Assembly (NCBI GenBank): GCA_030704615.1
Contig: CM060734.1
Location: forward strand, 6,014,001-6,078,000
From: Takakia lepidozioides
Taxonomy: Eukaryota; Plantae; Bryophyta
Direction: 5' to 3'
DNA: 64,000 nt
Part shown: positions 52,164 through 64,000 of the stretch, one piece after another
Position numbering within the stretch: the first letter of the stretch is position 1
Layout: every line of letters begins with the position of its first letter
Notes under the pieces: generated by a model
What the model saw: only the letters and a program-made list of their open reading frames with translations
Told to the model about the DNA's origin: nothing
Database searches by the model: none
Made by a program: the position numbers and the translations under genes

Positions 52164-55100
52164 ATGACGAGGCGTCGTTTGTTGGAGAACACAGGGCCAA
52201 GGCAGCAGGTGAACGCGGAGACTGATTCACAAGAGCAGACGGAGACTGAGGCAGCGGCTGCGACACAGTCGGCGATAAGAGTGCGCCAGCCTGTGGAGGC
52301 AGAGATGAATCGCAGGGACACTGAAGAAGGTGGAAGCACGCGGAACGCCGAACCTGAAGAAGGTCAAGAAACCCTTGCGCAGACAGAAACTCCAGCAGAT
52401 GTGAGAGGGAAGAGGAAAGCTGCAGAAGGGGATCAAATTTCAAAACCTAAGAAGGTGCCAGTAAGTTTTATCATATAGTCTGTGTGATTGCCTTTCAAGG
52501 AGTCCTTCCTCTTCCATTCTTTAGCAGGAACTACTGAATCGCGAGCGTCGTTAACGCCATTCGATTCTGCTCATGAGATTTATGTACCTATGTGTTTGAA
52601 GAGAGAGTCTGCACTTACTATTCTCCCTAAACTACACTGAATGTCGTTGCCGCCAATCAGTTGCACATATATGTCATTACACAACACCGATCCGGCAGGT
52701 TGTTATCTTTTGTGATTGTCGTTAACGCCGTTCGCTATCGCTCTCACTTTTGTTTTGAATACGGCAGTCTCGGCTTTGCATGTGTAGATTGTGCTGAATT
52801 CTTTCACACCATTCATGGTGAGTTTCCTTGATACAGAGTGATTGTCGTTACCGCCATTCACTATTTGCAAATCACTTAGTCAGAACTGAATGGCATCGTG
52901 CAGAAAACTGTGAGGTCGAAGCCTACAGGATCAGAGGGGAAAGGATCTGGAGATGGGGACGAGTCCGCAAAAAGCTCAGAGAATACAGATGAAGCAGATG
53001 AATCCGAAGTGCACTACCTTGACAAGGTGAAAGAACTCATGTCATTCCAGAAGGTAAACTCTCAGGAGGTTATAAGGGACATGCTCGTATCTGGAGGGCG
53101 TCTGGACATACCTCTGTGCCGGATGATATCAATGCCTGTTGTGCGTCCACCTCTTTCCCATGACATAACAAAATTGGAGAGTGATTTTGTGCATGGATAT
53201 AGACTTGGTGCACAAGTTTTTTATGTGTCACTGACGGATATAAATGGGAAAAGCACATTAGTTTCTCCAGAGATCAGTGATAACTGGGATGAGTGCTGGA
53301 AAGATGCCAATGAGGAGTTCGAGCTGGGCCTCATGATGGGAAAGAACACCCAGCAATTTTGCAACCACATGTTCTACGTCTGGGACGGCAACCACCGATT
53401 GCTGGCATGGATGGGATACATTCAGAAACACCATTCGAAAGACAAAGACAAGCATGTTGCTGTGGAGGCAATGGTTTTGGATCCAGGAAACGACATCGCT
53501 AGGCTTCTTACAGCTATGCACGACGTGAACAAGTAAGTCATCCAGGAGATTTCATTCCCTCTGTAGTGTCTTGTTGATCCTCAAAAAACAGTGTTAAGGA
53601 ATGCAATGTTTTCAATGTTTTTGCAGATCGACAGAGAAATCGCATGTGACAACAAGCTTGGTTCACACACTATTCCGAATTCAGAGGATTGGTCTGATGA
53701 AGCTGGATGATTTTCGGACAGTACTACCACCCAATATCATCAAGAAGTGCGAAACAGGAAGAGCTGCAGGCACTTGGTATTCTTTGACACGAGAGGCGTT
53801 TCTGGAGTACATGTATGCGGTAAGCCCGAGTCTGTAATCTGTTTACTTTTCGAATACATGTTTAGAGTCCCTTCGGAGCTAATCACTACTTGAATGAATG
53901 CAGCAAGAACTGGCAGAGGCAGCTGAGAAGGGAAAATCCGAATATTACCGCACTACACCAGAGGAACTAAGGACATCAAAGGGTGTGGAAGCTGCAATAA
54001 AGAAGGAGTTTGAGATGCGAAGAACCAAATTGATGTCAGCCTTCGGAAAGCAGCTTAGAATAGTAGATCCTGGACTTGGTCCTGAGTTCCTTCAGCAGAT
54101 CAAAACACACTATGACAAGCATGTGCATCCGGAGATGCAGCAGGAGAAATTGCACCGGCTGGCCATATCGATGGTCGACCCACAAACAAAAATAAGGTGG
54201 CTGGAGATATGGAACTCAGATCAAACAGTAAAGGACTTGAATCAGTTCCCAAAGAGCACCATACAGCCTGGCACAAAGGTGGAAGGAATCAGTGATTTGG
54301 TGTTTGATAACTGGCTCCACAAGGCTACATTTTGGAGTCAGGTGTGTATTCGAACATGCTGTTTCTTCTCTTCAAGTATGTGATGTGTTTCTTTTTTGCA
54401 ATTCTGACAAATATACTATTTGCAGCTCGAAAAGCGCGCCGTCATTGTGCTGGATCAGACTTTGAAGGACCTGAACATTGCGATTGTTTCCCCTCCCCAA
54501 ATGTCATTGGAGGCATACATAAGGAAGTGGAGAGGTCTCACCTGGAGATACTGTTTTTTCCGGGAGTTCTCCAAAGATGGTAACATTTTACGGTCCAACG
54601 ACTTTGACAGTCAGGTTGGAGGAGAGTGGGCCATGATGCGAGTTGTGTACAGGTGAAATGTCATACTTGAAACTCTACTGTTTTTTTGGGAAAAATTGTG
54701 GCTTCATATGGATTGCAATCTTAGATCCAGATTGAATGTCGTTGACGACATTCACTTCTTTGTCTGAGTCATTCTAAGCGAGTATATGAATTCACCTGGT
54801 TAGGATCTAAGGGTGCAATTATATTGTCCCTGATTAGAATTGATAATGTCCTTGAATGGCGTTGACGACATTCACATACGGAGTTGTTGTGTGGTCCTCA
54901 AGGTTATTTAAATTTTTGTAATGTCCATAGAGGTTACAATGAGGGTTGATCACTTCATTTTGCTGAATGTCAATGCAGACATTCAGTTGTTCTGCATTGT
55001 TTTTCCTCTTGCGATGAATATGGAGGCTTGATAAGCTCTGTTTTAAGAAATCCAAAGTGAATGTCGTTGACGACATTCACAGCTGTGTCTGTATTATTCA

Positions 55101-57796
55101 AAAACGACAAATTCAATTTTCATGGATTGGGGAGCTAAGTAATTGGTTTCTTTTTTGTATTTTTGTGAATGGCGTTGACGCCATTCACATACAGTGATGT
55201 TGTGAGGTCCTCAGTGATAGGTTCGTTATGAATGTGCATTGAGTTTTCCTGGATGGTTCCTTACTCAATTTTTTTATTTCCATCCTGTGATTTTGCTTCA
55301 TTTCAGTAATAATTTGGCTTCATTCTTGAATGTCGTTGACGACATTCACTTCTATTCTGTGTCATTTCTAATCGCTTATTTGCATTCACCTGGATTAGGA
55401 TGTATTTACAGTGTCATGGAATGGAATGTTCTGAATGGCGTTGACGACATTCATATCTGGAGCAGTAGTGTGGTCCTGAAAGGTCCTTGGAGCAGTTGTC
55501 AGAGCCATTTCAATCCATGTTTTATTCTTTCTGTTCTACTTGCATCTTACTCACTGAGCGCTTTTGTGGGTTGGGATTCATCTCCTTTTTTCAGGTACAC
55601 GAAATATGTGCTTATGGAAGGAAATCACCTGAGCGGAATTCCCGACTATCTTGACATGTGGTCGGACCCTGCAAACGATCCAACCATGTATACTGCAGGG
55701 ATATTGAAGGACTGGAGTCCTTCTCACTTCAGAGACTGTGGGTGGTACCTTGACTGCCCACCTGAGCACACGACCTTTCAAGAACAGCATATGAAATACT
55801 TGAACAATAACGCTGAGATGCTGGCGCCTTTGACTGACGAAGAGTATCAACGAAACATAGCAACCTTGGCTGCCAAGGAGCCTGATGCTCAGGGAACGCC
55901 GCAGAAGGGAAAGAAGGCGGGCCGCAAACCAAAAGACAAGGCTGTTGATGTCATAGCCATCTCACCAGCAAAGCCAAAGGACAAAGACAAGTCCAAAGAG
56001 AAGGAAAAGGACAAGGGGAAGGAGAATGAAAAGGAGATGGAGAGTGGGCAGGACTTTAGTGCTGGAAGATATACCCGCACTCTTCAGTGCGTGTTCGATG
56101 CCAAGCCACACCCTTCCCGTTCTGATTCAGCAGGAGAGATGAAAATTGTTAATGAGGGTTGGCTTTCGATGATGCAGAGTCGAAAGAGAGGATACACTGG
56201 GGTGCCATCCCCTACCTGGGACAATATAATCTCATTCCTCAATCTGGTGAGAATTCCACTTTCTTTCCTTTTTCTCTGAATGTTTCGTTGGCAGTATTTC
56301 AGTCTCGTTCTTTGAAAACATTCTTGCCATCGTTCTTATAAAAAACATGTCTGTTGCAGGTGAGCACAGGTCCCACCTTCGTGTGCGGTGTGCAGAAAAC
56401 TTATGCGGCCGACATTGTCATTCTCGACATTCCGGATGGCCAGGCTGTGCCAGAAGTTCTTCCAAAGGGCAAGACGCCAGGGTGGAACAAATTCGAGGAC
56501 AACTACTGGAGTTGGGTATTCGGGTTCTGTAACAATTTCCTCTCTGATGCAGGGACACTTCTGCTTTTTCAGTCATGTGACAATGATAGTCGTCGGGCAT
56601 TGGCATCATACCTCAAGTCTTCAGGGTTTGAAGTTTTGCGCACATGGAATTATGTGAACAGCCTCTACCTTGTGAAAGGGGGTTTCCCTGGTCAGCTGGT
56701 ATGCCGTCTGCCTTCTGCTTATGCTTGATCATGAGTTTTAATTTTCTCTGCAGCTCCACTCTAGTAGAATGTTTTATGATCGACACCGATCATCAACGAT
56801 TCATGGTTTTTTGGTGTCAGAGTTCTGAATAGCCGATGTACACACTTCCACTTTAGATTGTGTTTACCACACTAACCTGCTATCTTTGGCAGACGAGGAT
56901 GTTCGAGGCGATCTGCCTGCGGAGGATTCGCACATCAAAGACACCATCCTCCATCCGCAGCTTTGAGATTTCTGACCAGGGTTGTTTCGTCAACCCCCCC
57001 TATGAGCCCCATGTCGATGACATTTTGTACAACTTCATGCAGTCCAGTCAGACTCTGAAGAGACCAGATGGCACTCCCTGGAGAGGTGTAAAGGAAAAGT
57101 CACCAGCATTCATGCAAATACTGCTGGAGTCATGCAGCCACCGCTCTGCACGGGTGGTCGATCTTTCTGTGTCCACAGGTTCGTTTTCTCCCTTCCGAAT
57201 TGGTTTCCTTTCAACAGTTTCATCTGCTTAAATCCCCTCCTCCAAACTGCTTATGTTCTCCTGTCTGGTGCAGGAGCAACTTACCACGCATGCAAGGCAG
57301 GCGGAAGAAGCCTTTTTGGTATGGAGGGTGATTCTGACCTCTACAACACAGTGCTCCTCCCCCTTTTGTCTGGCTCCACTTCAGGCACACAGACTGATCG
57401 GATTCATATTCAAATGATGACGATCCCGAAGATAAGCAGGTCGACAACGACTTTTCATGTGAGTAAGTACTAAACCCTCTTTGGGAGTCATACTCAATTT
57501 CTCGATAACATCAAAGTTACAGTAATAACTTTTTCAGGCTGTCTTTCAGGAAAGCCAGCGGTGGATCTTCAGGAGATACAGTCATTTCTGGCGAGTCTGT
57601 TTTCGACAGCCCCCTTTCCAATTTTTTGCTCCCTGTTTATGCCGAAGCAATGACACTTCACGCGTCCGAGTCCCTATCCCCTGACTTTTTAGTGGCCAGC
57701 CGTAGGTGTATCCAGCGTGGATCCGGTGTTCTAAAATACTTAGACTTAGATGCAGAGGAAGAGGGGATACATTGTACTGACTCTGAGTCAGACTGA
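52164..57796 (+). CDS. ParB/Srx-like plus beta-class N6A/N4C DNA methyltransferase-like fusion protein, 10 predicted exons
   Basis: Phase-compatible GT-AG exons 52164-52460, 52904-53532, 53627-53819, 53904-54341, 54426-54652, 55595-56246, 56360-56698, 56893-57178, 57274-57462, 57538-57796; open through the whole MTase-like domain; a probable 1-bp deletion near 57397 diverts the frame to a stop at 57473 (1086 aa as is, about 1169 aa if repaired). Confidence 0.85.
54734..55452. repeat. Intronic array of the 20-bp palindrome GAATGTCGTTGACGACATTC (7 copies)
   Basis: Copies start at 54734, 54854, 54965, 55059, 55167, 55328 and 55433; four more degenerate copies lie in intron 1 (52543, 52639, 52714, 52840). 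Confidence 0.9.
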
Positions 57797-58503
57797 ACTG
57801 TATTCTTTTAATATTCATTTTCATATTATCTGGAAAACGTTGAATCCCCTTACTCTACCGTAGTTGTTCCTTTAGAACAAATAATAATCACAGAATCAAC
57901 TTTCGTTTAAATTGCTATATGTATGAATCCATCTCACAAACCTTCCTGACTCTTCTCATATCCATTGTGCATTCATCTACACTGTATTCATGCGTGCTCC
58001 ATTCATGAAAGCTTCCTTTGTACAACATCCATTGTACATTCATCCTCTGTACTCTTTAATCCACCCCACAAACCTTCCACACTCATTTCATATACTTTGT
58101 GCATTCGTCAAAAGATTTGGTCATGCATCTTCCTGTCATGAATTTTTGTCATTGCTCAACATCCATTATACATTCATCCATTTTACTCTTATCCATCCGT
58201 CATTCATCCATCTACATAGATTTTTCAAACTCATCCATCTGTTTATCATCCAACTGTACATTCATCCATCATTTATTCAATGCCTTTTATTATGTCGTCC
58301 AGCTTGTTTCCGCGGTAAAGGGTGCCAATCCGCGGGAATACACTCCACTTCTTTCTGGGTGCGTGGTGACTCGGCCTCCACGTGTGATGACGTGGACTGA
58401 GCCCCGTGACGTGGCATTTGCGCAAGGTGACGTGGCGTGAGCGCAGTCGCGCTCACGCGCTCACGTGACCAGGCTCACGCCGAGGCATCCCTGCAGAACG
58501 GAG

Positions 58504-61500
58504 CCAGTCCAGCGGAGAAATAGAGGGAAGTATACTGGTCCGAAAATGGGCAATGGCAAGATAGGACACCCCAAGGGGTCTCGACGGAGAAGGGTCATGG
58601 CACTGACTAAGGGCTTGGTTCATTATGATATACTTAAGGACCTGGACACGTTGCAACCTATTATTTCTTTGCGGCAGCTGTTGGCTATCGCACCTCAATG
58701 CTGGGCTTCTTTGTAGTCATCTCTAGTGCGGAAACAGACAACAAATAACGACGTCCATGAAGTGAGTATATCCACACTCAATCTGGATCCAGGTGCCCCC
58801 GTCCTTGATGTGACAATAGATGGCGTTGTTATTACTGGAGTTCAAATTGACGGTGGTTCTAGAGTCAATTTAATGAGTTCCGACACAATGAAAGAGCTAG
58901 GACTTGGTGGTTTACAGAACACTTGATTGGTGTTACGGATGGCCGATCAAAGCCGTGTCAAACCAATGGGCGTCCTGACTGCCGTTCCAACTATAATTGC
59001 TGCTATTGAGTATTCCATTGATTATGTTGTCTTCCGACTAAATGTCTCGGCCTATTCTTACCTCATCTTATTAGGACGACCATGGTTGTTCCAATCTAAA
59101 GCTAAAAATGATTGGGGGAAAGGCACTTTGACTCTGGGAAAAGGAGAACAAAAGATGGTGTTGCAAATGTACCCAGTAGCATATCATGGGGAGACACAGG
59201 AGATAGAATCTGAGTTTACCTCTGAAGCTGACGAGAGGACCAATGACACCGATAGTGATCTTCAAGTCCTACCATTGTCACCTAAACATACACGGAGCCG
59301 GCGGATCTACCGCTGTGCTAATCTAGGAGAGTACCCCTGGCATGGTGATTTTGATAGTGACTCTGATGATGCTATCTTGCGATGGGAGGGAGCCCGATCT
59401 TCTTATATGGTGCAGCATGAATCTGAGTAGGAAGAGGCCACCACGTCGGAAGATATCACGTGGTATGATTCGGCTGATGATAACCGTGCTTCATTGATAA
59501 AGAAGGACCCTTATCAAACCTTGAATTTGAATACAGCTGCTGAGCCCAATGACATTATAATTTCTGCAGCAATCCCATCAAATGAATTGTCTATGTGGAA
59601 GGAGTTTTTCCAGAAACATCGTACGGCTTTTGCATGGACCTATACTGATCTTCAGGGTGTGCCCCCAGAAATTTGCCAGTATCGCATTATTCTGGAGGAA
59701 AGAGCAATATCAGTACAGCAACGCCAACATTGATTGAATCCTAAATATTCTCTGTTGGTTAAAGAAGAGTTGGACAAATTGTTAGTTGTTGGATTCATTT
59801 CTCATGTACCTTATAGCGATTGGGTATCGCCTATAGTGGTCGTGCCCAAGAAACAATTGGGCAAAGTACAAATCTGTCAAGATTTCCGGAAACTTAATGT
59901 TGTGACTCGAAAGGATTATTTTCCATTACATTTCACTGATACTATTCTGGATGCAGTAGCGGGCCATGAGTGTTATTCTTTCCTCGATGGTTTTTCTGGT
60001 TATAATCAGATCACAATCGCAGAAGAGGATCGGCCTAAGACTACTTTTACCACTGATTGGGGCACTTATGCCTATAAAAGTCATGCCCTTCGGACTTTGC
60101 AATGCTCCTGCTACGTTTCAACAAGTAATAACTGCCGCTTTTCAGGATTACTTGCGCCTATTTATGGAGATCTTCTTGGATGATTTTTGTGTCTATAGCA
60201 ACAAAGCAACACATGCTGAGATGTTGGAGCTGTGTTTTCAAAAATGTAAGGAGTATGGAATCTCTCTGAATGCCGGAAAATGTCAATTTCTGGTTACCAA
60301 GGGGAAGCTTTTAGGCCATATTGTATCAATTCGAGGGATATCGACTGACCCCACTAAGATTGAGATTATTGTCCAATTACCTATCCCCATGACGGTGACA
60401 GAGGTGCGCGCCTTCCTGGGCCATGTGGGGTACTATCGCCGTTTTATCCGTCGATATGCTGAGATTGCCCTACCATTGACGCAATTATTGAAACACGATG
60501 CCGAGCAACAGTGGACAAGGGAGTGTCAACATTCTTTTCAAGAATTAAAAGGATGATTGATAAAGGCACCTATCTTGATTTCCCCCGATTGGACTAAGGA
60601 GTTTCAGGTCTATGTGGATGCTTCAAACTATGCTATTGGTAGCGTTTTGAGTCAGAAGGATGAAAAGTTGTTTGATCATCCGATATATTTTGTGAGTCGT
60701 CAATTGGCTGCGGCGGAGAAAAATTATACTACCGCTGAACGAGAAGGTTTGGGCATGATTTATTCGGTTTAGAAGTATCGCCATTATTTATTGGGTTATC
60801 CATTTGTTTTTCATGTTGATCATGATGCACTAAAATATCTCATTAATAAACCTCAGCTGAGTGGCAGAGTGGCCCGGTGGGTTATTTTATTGCAAGAGTT
60901 TACTTTTAAAATTGTGGTTCGCCCTGGGCGCAAGCATGCCATTGCTGATCATTTAAGTCGTCTATCGAAGGAAGTCGGCGAAGAGCCGATAGATGATTCT
61001 CTCCCAGATGCTGCCATTTTTGTGGTTGATGTGCTGACAGGAGAGTATGCTCTTATTTTTAATTACCTATCGTTACAACAATTTCCGGAGGGTTATACTG
61101 AGAAGCAGAAGCGTCGGCTGGTAGAGAAGACTGCGCCTTATACAATTATTGGCGACACATTATACAAGCTAGGGAATGATGGTATATTGCGCCGTTGCAT
61201 CTTGGAAGCTGAGGTTCCAACGATACTTGAGGGGTGTCATGCCGATTCTTGTGGTGGTCATTTTGCAGGGGATGCCACCGGACGGAAGGTATTATTGGCA
61301 TGTTATTGGTGACATACCCTATTTAAAGATGTTTTTGCTTATGTGCGTCGTTGTGATGTCTGCCAACGTATTGGTAGACCTGCGCGATCGAGTTCTATGC
61401 CCCTGGTTCCCATCCTTGCACAGGCACCTTTCGAGAAGTGGGGTATTGATTTTGTTGGACCTATCGCCCCTGTTTCTCGCAATGGTCAGAAACGATATAT

Positions 61501-62291
61501 TCTTGTTGCACTGAATATGTCACTAAGTGGGCTGAAGCTATGGCCTCTCGCACCGATACGGCCAAGGTTGTGGCGCAGTTTCTTTATGAGAATATCATTA
61601 CTCGATTTGGTTGTCCTCGAGAGCTTGTGAGCGACCGTGGTACCCATTTTTTAAATTCTATTATTGAACAGATGACTGCCAAATATGTCATTAAACATAG
61701 AAAGACTACTCCTTATCACCCACGGGCTAATGGTCAGACGGAGAAGACCAATGGGTTGCTCTGTGGTATTCTAACAAAGACAATTTCTGGTACTGGCAAC
61801 GATTGGGATACTAAATTATTTTCTGCATTATGGGCCTATCGGACTGCATTTAAAGTTACTACCGGATTTACTCCCTTCCAGTTGGTTTATGGACAAGAGG
61901 CAATATTGCCTATCGGGCTTGAAATTCCTTCCCTACGCATAGCTATCGAGGAACAGTTGGGCGATGTTCCATCCCTACCGGCTCGTCTGTTGCAATTGGT
62001 TAAGATGGATGAACTTCGTCGGCAGACGTTACAGAACATTGAAGTCACCCAACTGCGGCGGAAGGATTATTATGATAGCCGCCTTAAGCCCAAGATCTTT
62101 AAAGCTCAAGATTTGATCCTTCTTTATGATAGCCGTTTTCAAAAATTTCCTAGTAAATTGAAGATGAGGTGGCTCGGGCCCTATCGGGTGGTGGAAGCTT
62201 TTCCAAATGGCTCTATTCAATTGGCTACCATAATGGCGACCCATTGCTGACCCGCATCAACGGCGATCATCTTAAGTTGTACTTGACCTAA
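58504..62291 (+). pseudogene. Athila-like pol (protease, RT, RNase H, integrase), disrupted
   Basis: VQIDGGSRVNLM, LLGRPWL; WVSPIVVVPKK..ICQDFRKLN, FLDGFSGYNQI, FLDDF; YVDASNYAIG; WGIDFVGP, SDRGTHF, YHPRANGQTE, WLGPY. Confidence 0.95.
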
Positions 62292-62650
62292 TGTTTATGT
62301 GGGCAAAATTTAGGTTAAGTGGGAGGGGGTGTCAATACGTATGTGTCTGTCAGCATTGTCATTATGAGTATATTTGCGCCGTCGGCCGTACAATCTGTTA
62401 CAATGTTGGGGTGGCGGTTAGGTTTTAATCATTGACTCCATATTTGCCAGTTGTTAAGACAGGTTACCCTGAGCGATAGATAGGAGTGGGGCTCTTCTTG
62501 CCATTCTTCTGGTTATCCTTCTTGTTCTCTGCCAGTGTTCTTGCAATTCGCAAAGTATGTCACAGTGAGAAGTGAGAGTACTAAGCGACAGAGAGTATTG
62601 AGTGTAGTGAGTGTTGGGGAGCAAATTAGTGTTCCAAGTCAATCCGTCAC

Positions 62651-64000
62651 GATGGTGAAGAAAGCTGTGCAGCAACCATTGCCACCGCCGGTTTCTATGA
62701 TGGCAGAAGAATTAAGGAGTTGTGACATTTCTATGATTTTGGGTGAACGAGAGCAGAAAGCATTGTGGAGACAGGCGCAGATGATGGAGTTTTTGATTCT
62801 TTGTTTGAAGGGGCTGCCGAAGCCTAGCATGTCATTAGTGATGCAGTTTTACAATTCTTATGATCCTAGCTCAAAGAGTGGAATAGTGAAGGGCTCGCCG
62901 ATAGTTGTTGATGCCCGCACTGTAACAGAGGTCTTGCTATTACCCTCAGCAGGGATTGAAGTTGATGGCTTTAAAGATGAATCTTTTGTTCCTGCAAGCC
63001 ATTTTAAGGAGAGTGCTTTCAATCGAACGGGGGGTTGGGCAGTTGCTAAAGCAGCGAATCCTGAAATGATGGAGTGGATGAAATTTGCAGTGAGCTGGTT
63101 AGCCCTGAAGAAGGCTGCTACTTATGTCGCGTCATCGCAACTCAATGCAGTGGTAGCGACATTCATGGGTCTGCAAATTGATTGGGCAGGATTTGTGTGT
63201 GGAAAGATCCATGAGGAGAGAATAGCAAAGAGGAAGGCTGGTAAGACCGATACTTTGTTTTGTGCAACTTATTTGTCTATGATTTTGCAGCATCGATTGA
63301 AGGTGCCACCTTCTGTCAATACAAATGTTACGGAGACTATTGACAGACCGGAGCAGGGCGAATGAAAAGGCCTCAATATTGGTGACTGATACTACCACTG
63401 TTGCATTGATAGAGCCGGGAGGCAAAAATGTAGGCAGTCAATCGTCTTTTGCGACGAAGCTCCGTGATTTGGTTGAGGGATTGCAATTGGTAGCAGCAGA
63501 AGCCCTAGATCACGTGGATTTGCAGAAATAATTGGCTGATTTGAGGAGTGTGCATACTGCTATCTTATCGCGGAATCAACAGTTGCAACTTGCGTGGGAT
63601 GATGCGAAGAAGAGAATAGAAGCAGATGTAAAGGAACTCCACAAATTCCAGGATCAGTGGAAGATGAAAGAGGCTCGTCAGCAACAGGCTATTGTTGAAA
63701 ATGATGCAGTCATTGCTACACAGGCAGAGCAGATAAGGTCAAAAGAGGCTCGTGTTAGTGAATTGGAGAGGCAGTTGGCAGAGATTACCAAACAAGTAGC
63801 AGAGATGGGGAAACAACCTGCCACCATAGTCAATCTTGAGGAACAATATGTAGCTTTGCAGCAGGAATTTGTTTCTTATCGCGCTGAGAAGCAAGGGGAG
63901 ATGGATGTGATGGAACAAACCATGAAGGCACAAATGTCTGAGTTACAACAGTTCAGAGAGACGATAAGACCTGCAGAAATTGTTGGACTCAGTGTTTTGC
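62651..64000 (+). pseudogene. Extra 3' ORF of the Athila-like element (plant-transposon or 'env-like' type) followed by a coiled-coil segment
   Basis: LVMQFYNSY...IVKGSPIVVDARTVTEVLLLP...IDWAGFV...ATYLSMIL resembles the 3' accessory ORFs of Athila/Tat elements; frameshift near 63362 and stop at 63529-63531. Confidence 0.6.

Larger units (their letters stand above)
47176..58493. mobile_element. Element A: Mutator-like ParB-MTase transposon, about 11.3 kb, near-intact
   Basis: Flanking direct repeat CAGAACGGAG (47166-47175 and 58494-58503); removing the element restores the host frame ...IPQSRTEPVQRR...; imperfect TIRs of about 60 bp (GGCGTGAGC..CACGTGAGCGCG.GAGCG..CGCTCACGCCA); TGACGTGG subterminal repeats. 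Confidence 0.95.
41756..64000 (+). mobile_element. Athila-like Ty3/Gypsy retrotransposon carrying nested element A; 3' end beyond the window
   Basis: Putative 5' LTR TGTAGA(41756)...TCTACA(43206), TATA-like sequence near 41988, PBS TGGCGCCGCTACCGGGGA, gag, PR, RT, RH, IN, then an extra 3' ORF. Confidence 0.85.

Noticed and set aside
54734-55452. CRISPR-like look: palindromic repeats with variable spacers
   Set aside because: Spacers are about 75-140 bp and related to each other as a higher-order tandem unit; the array lies in a spliceosomal intron and there are no cas genes.
52164-57796. Bacterial or phage contamination as the source of the ParB-MTase gene
   Set aside because: The gene has nine phase-compatible GT-AG introns and sits in a TSD-flanked element nested in a plant-type retrotransposon.

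Overview
Eukaryotic DNA, most likely heterochromatin of a land plant (inferred from GT-AG introns and Copia, chromovirus and Athila-like LTR retrotransposons); I see no clear host housekeeping gene. The window is a deeply nested transposon cluster. The most striking component is a family of 11-14 kb Mutator-like (MULE) DNA transposons: two copies with both termini (A 47176-58493, B 19786-34057), one with only its left terminus visible (C, from about 13114) and a fragment (D, 3845-5047). A and B carry a GCM-like/DDE/SWIM transposase. A, B and C carry a multi-exon gene of about 1,100-1,170 aa (head-to-head with the transposase in A and B) that fuses a ParB/Srx-like domain (VWDGNHRLLAW) to a prokaryote-type beta-class N6-adenine/N4-cytosine methyltransferase-like domain (DIVILDIPDG ... 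KSPAFMQILLESCS...VVDLSVSTGATYHACKAGGRSLFGMEGD). Each subfamily carries its own 20-30 bp palindrome in arrays in non-coding DNA, including the same intron of the ParB-MTase gene in A and B. Nesting from target-site duplications (TSDs): C contains a chromovirus (18635-39801), which contains B; an Athila-like element starting at 41756 appears to cut into C and contains A. The Athila-like 5' region holds two F-box-like mini-ORFs, a duplicated LTR-end plus primer-binding site (PBS) and a coiled-coil ORF. All domain calls are by-eye motif recognition, not database searches.
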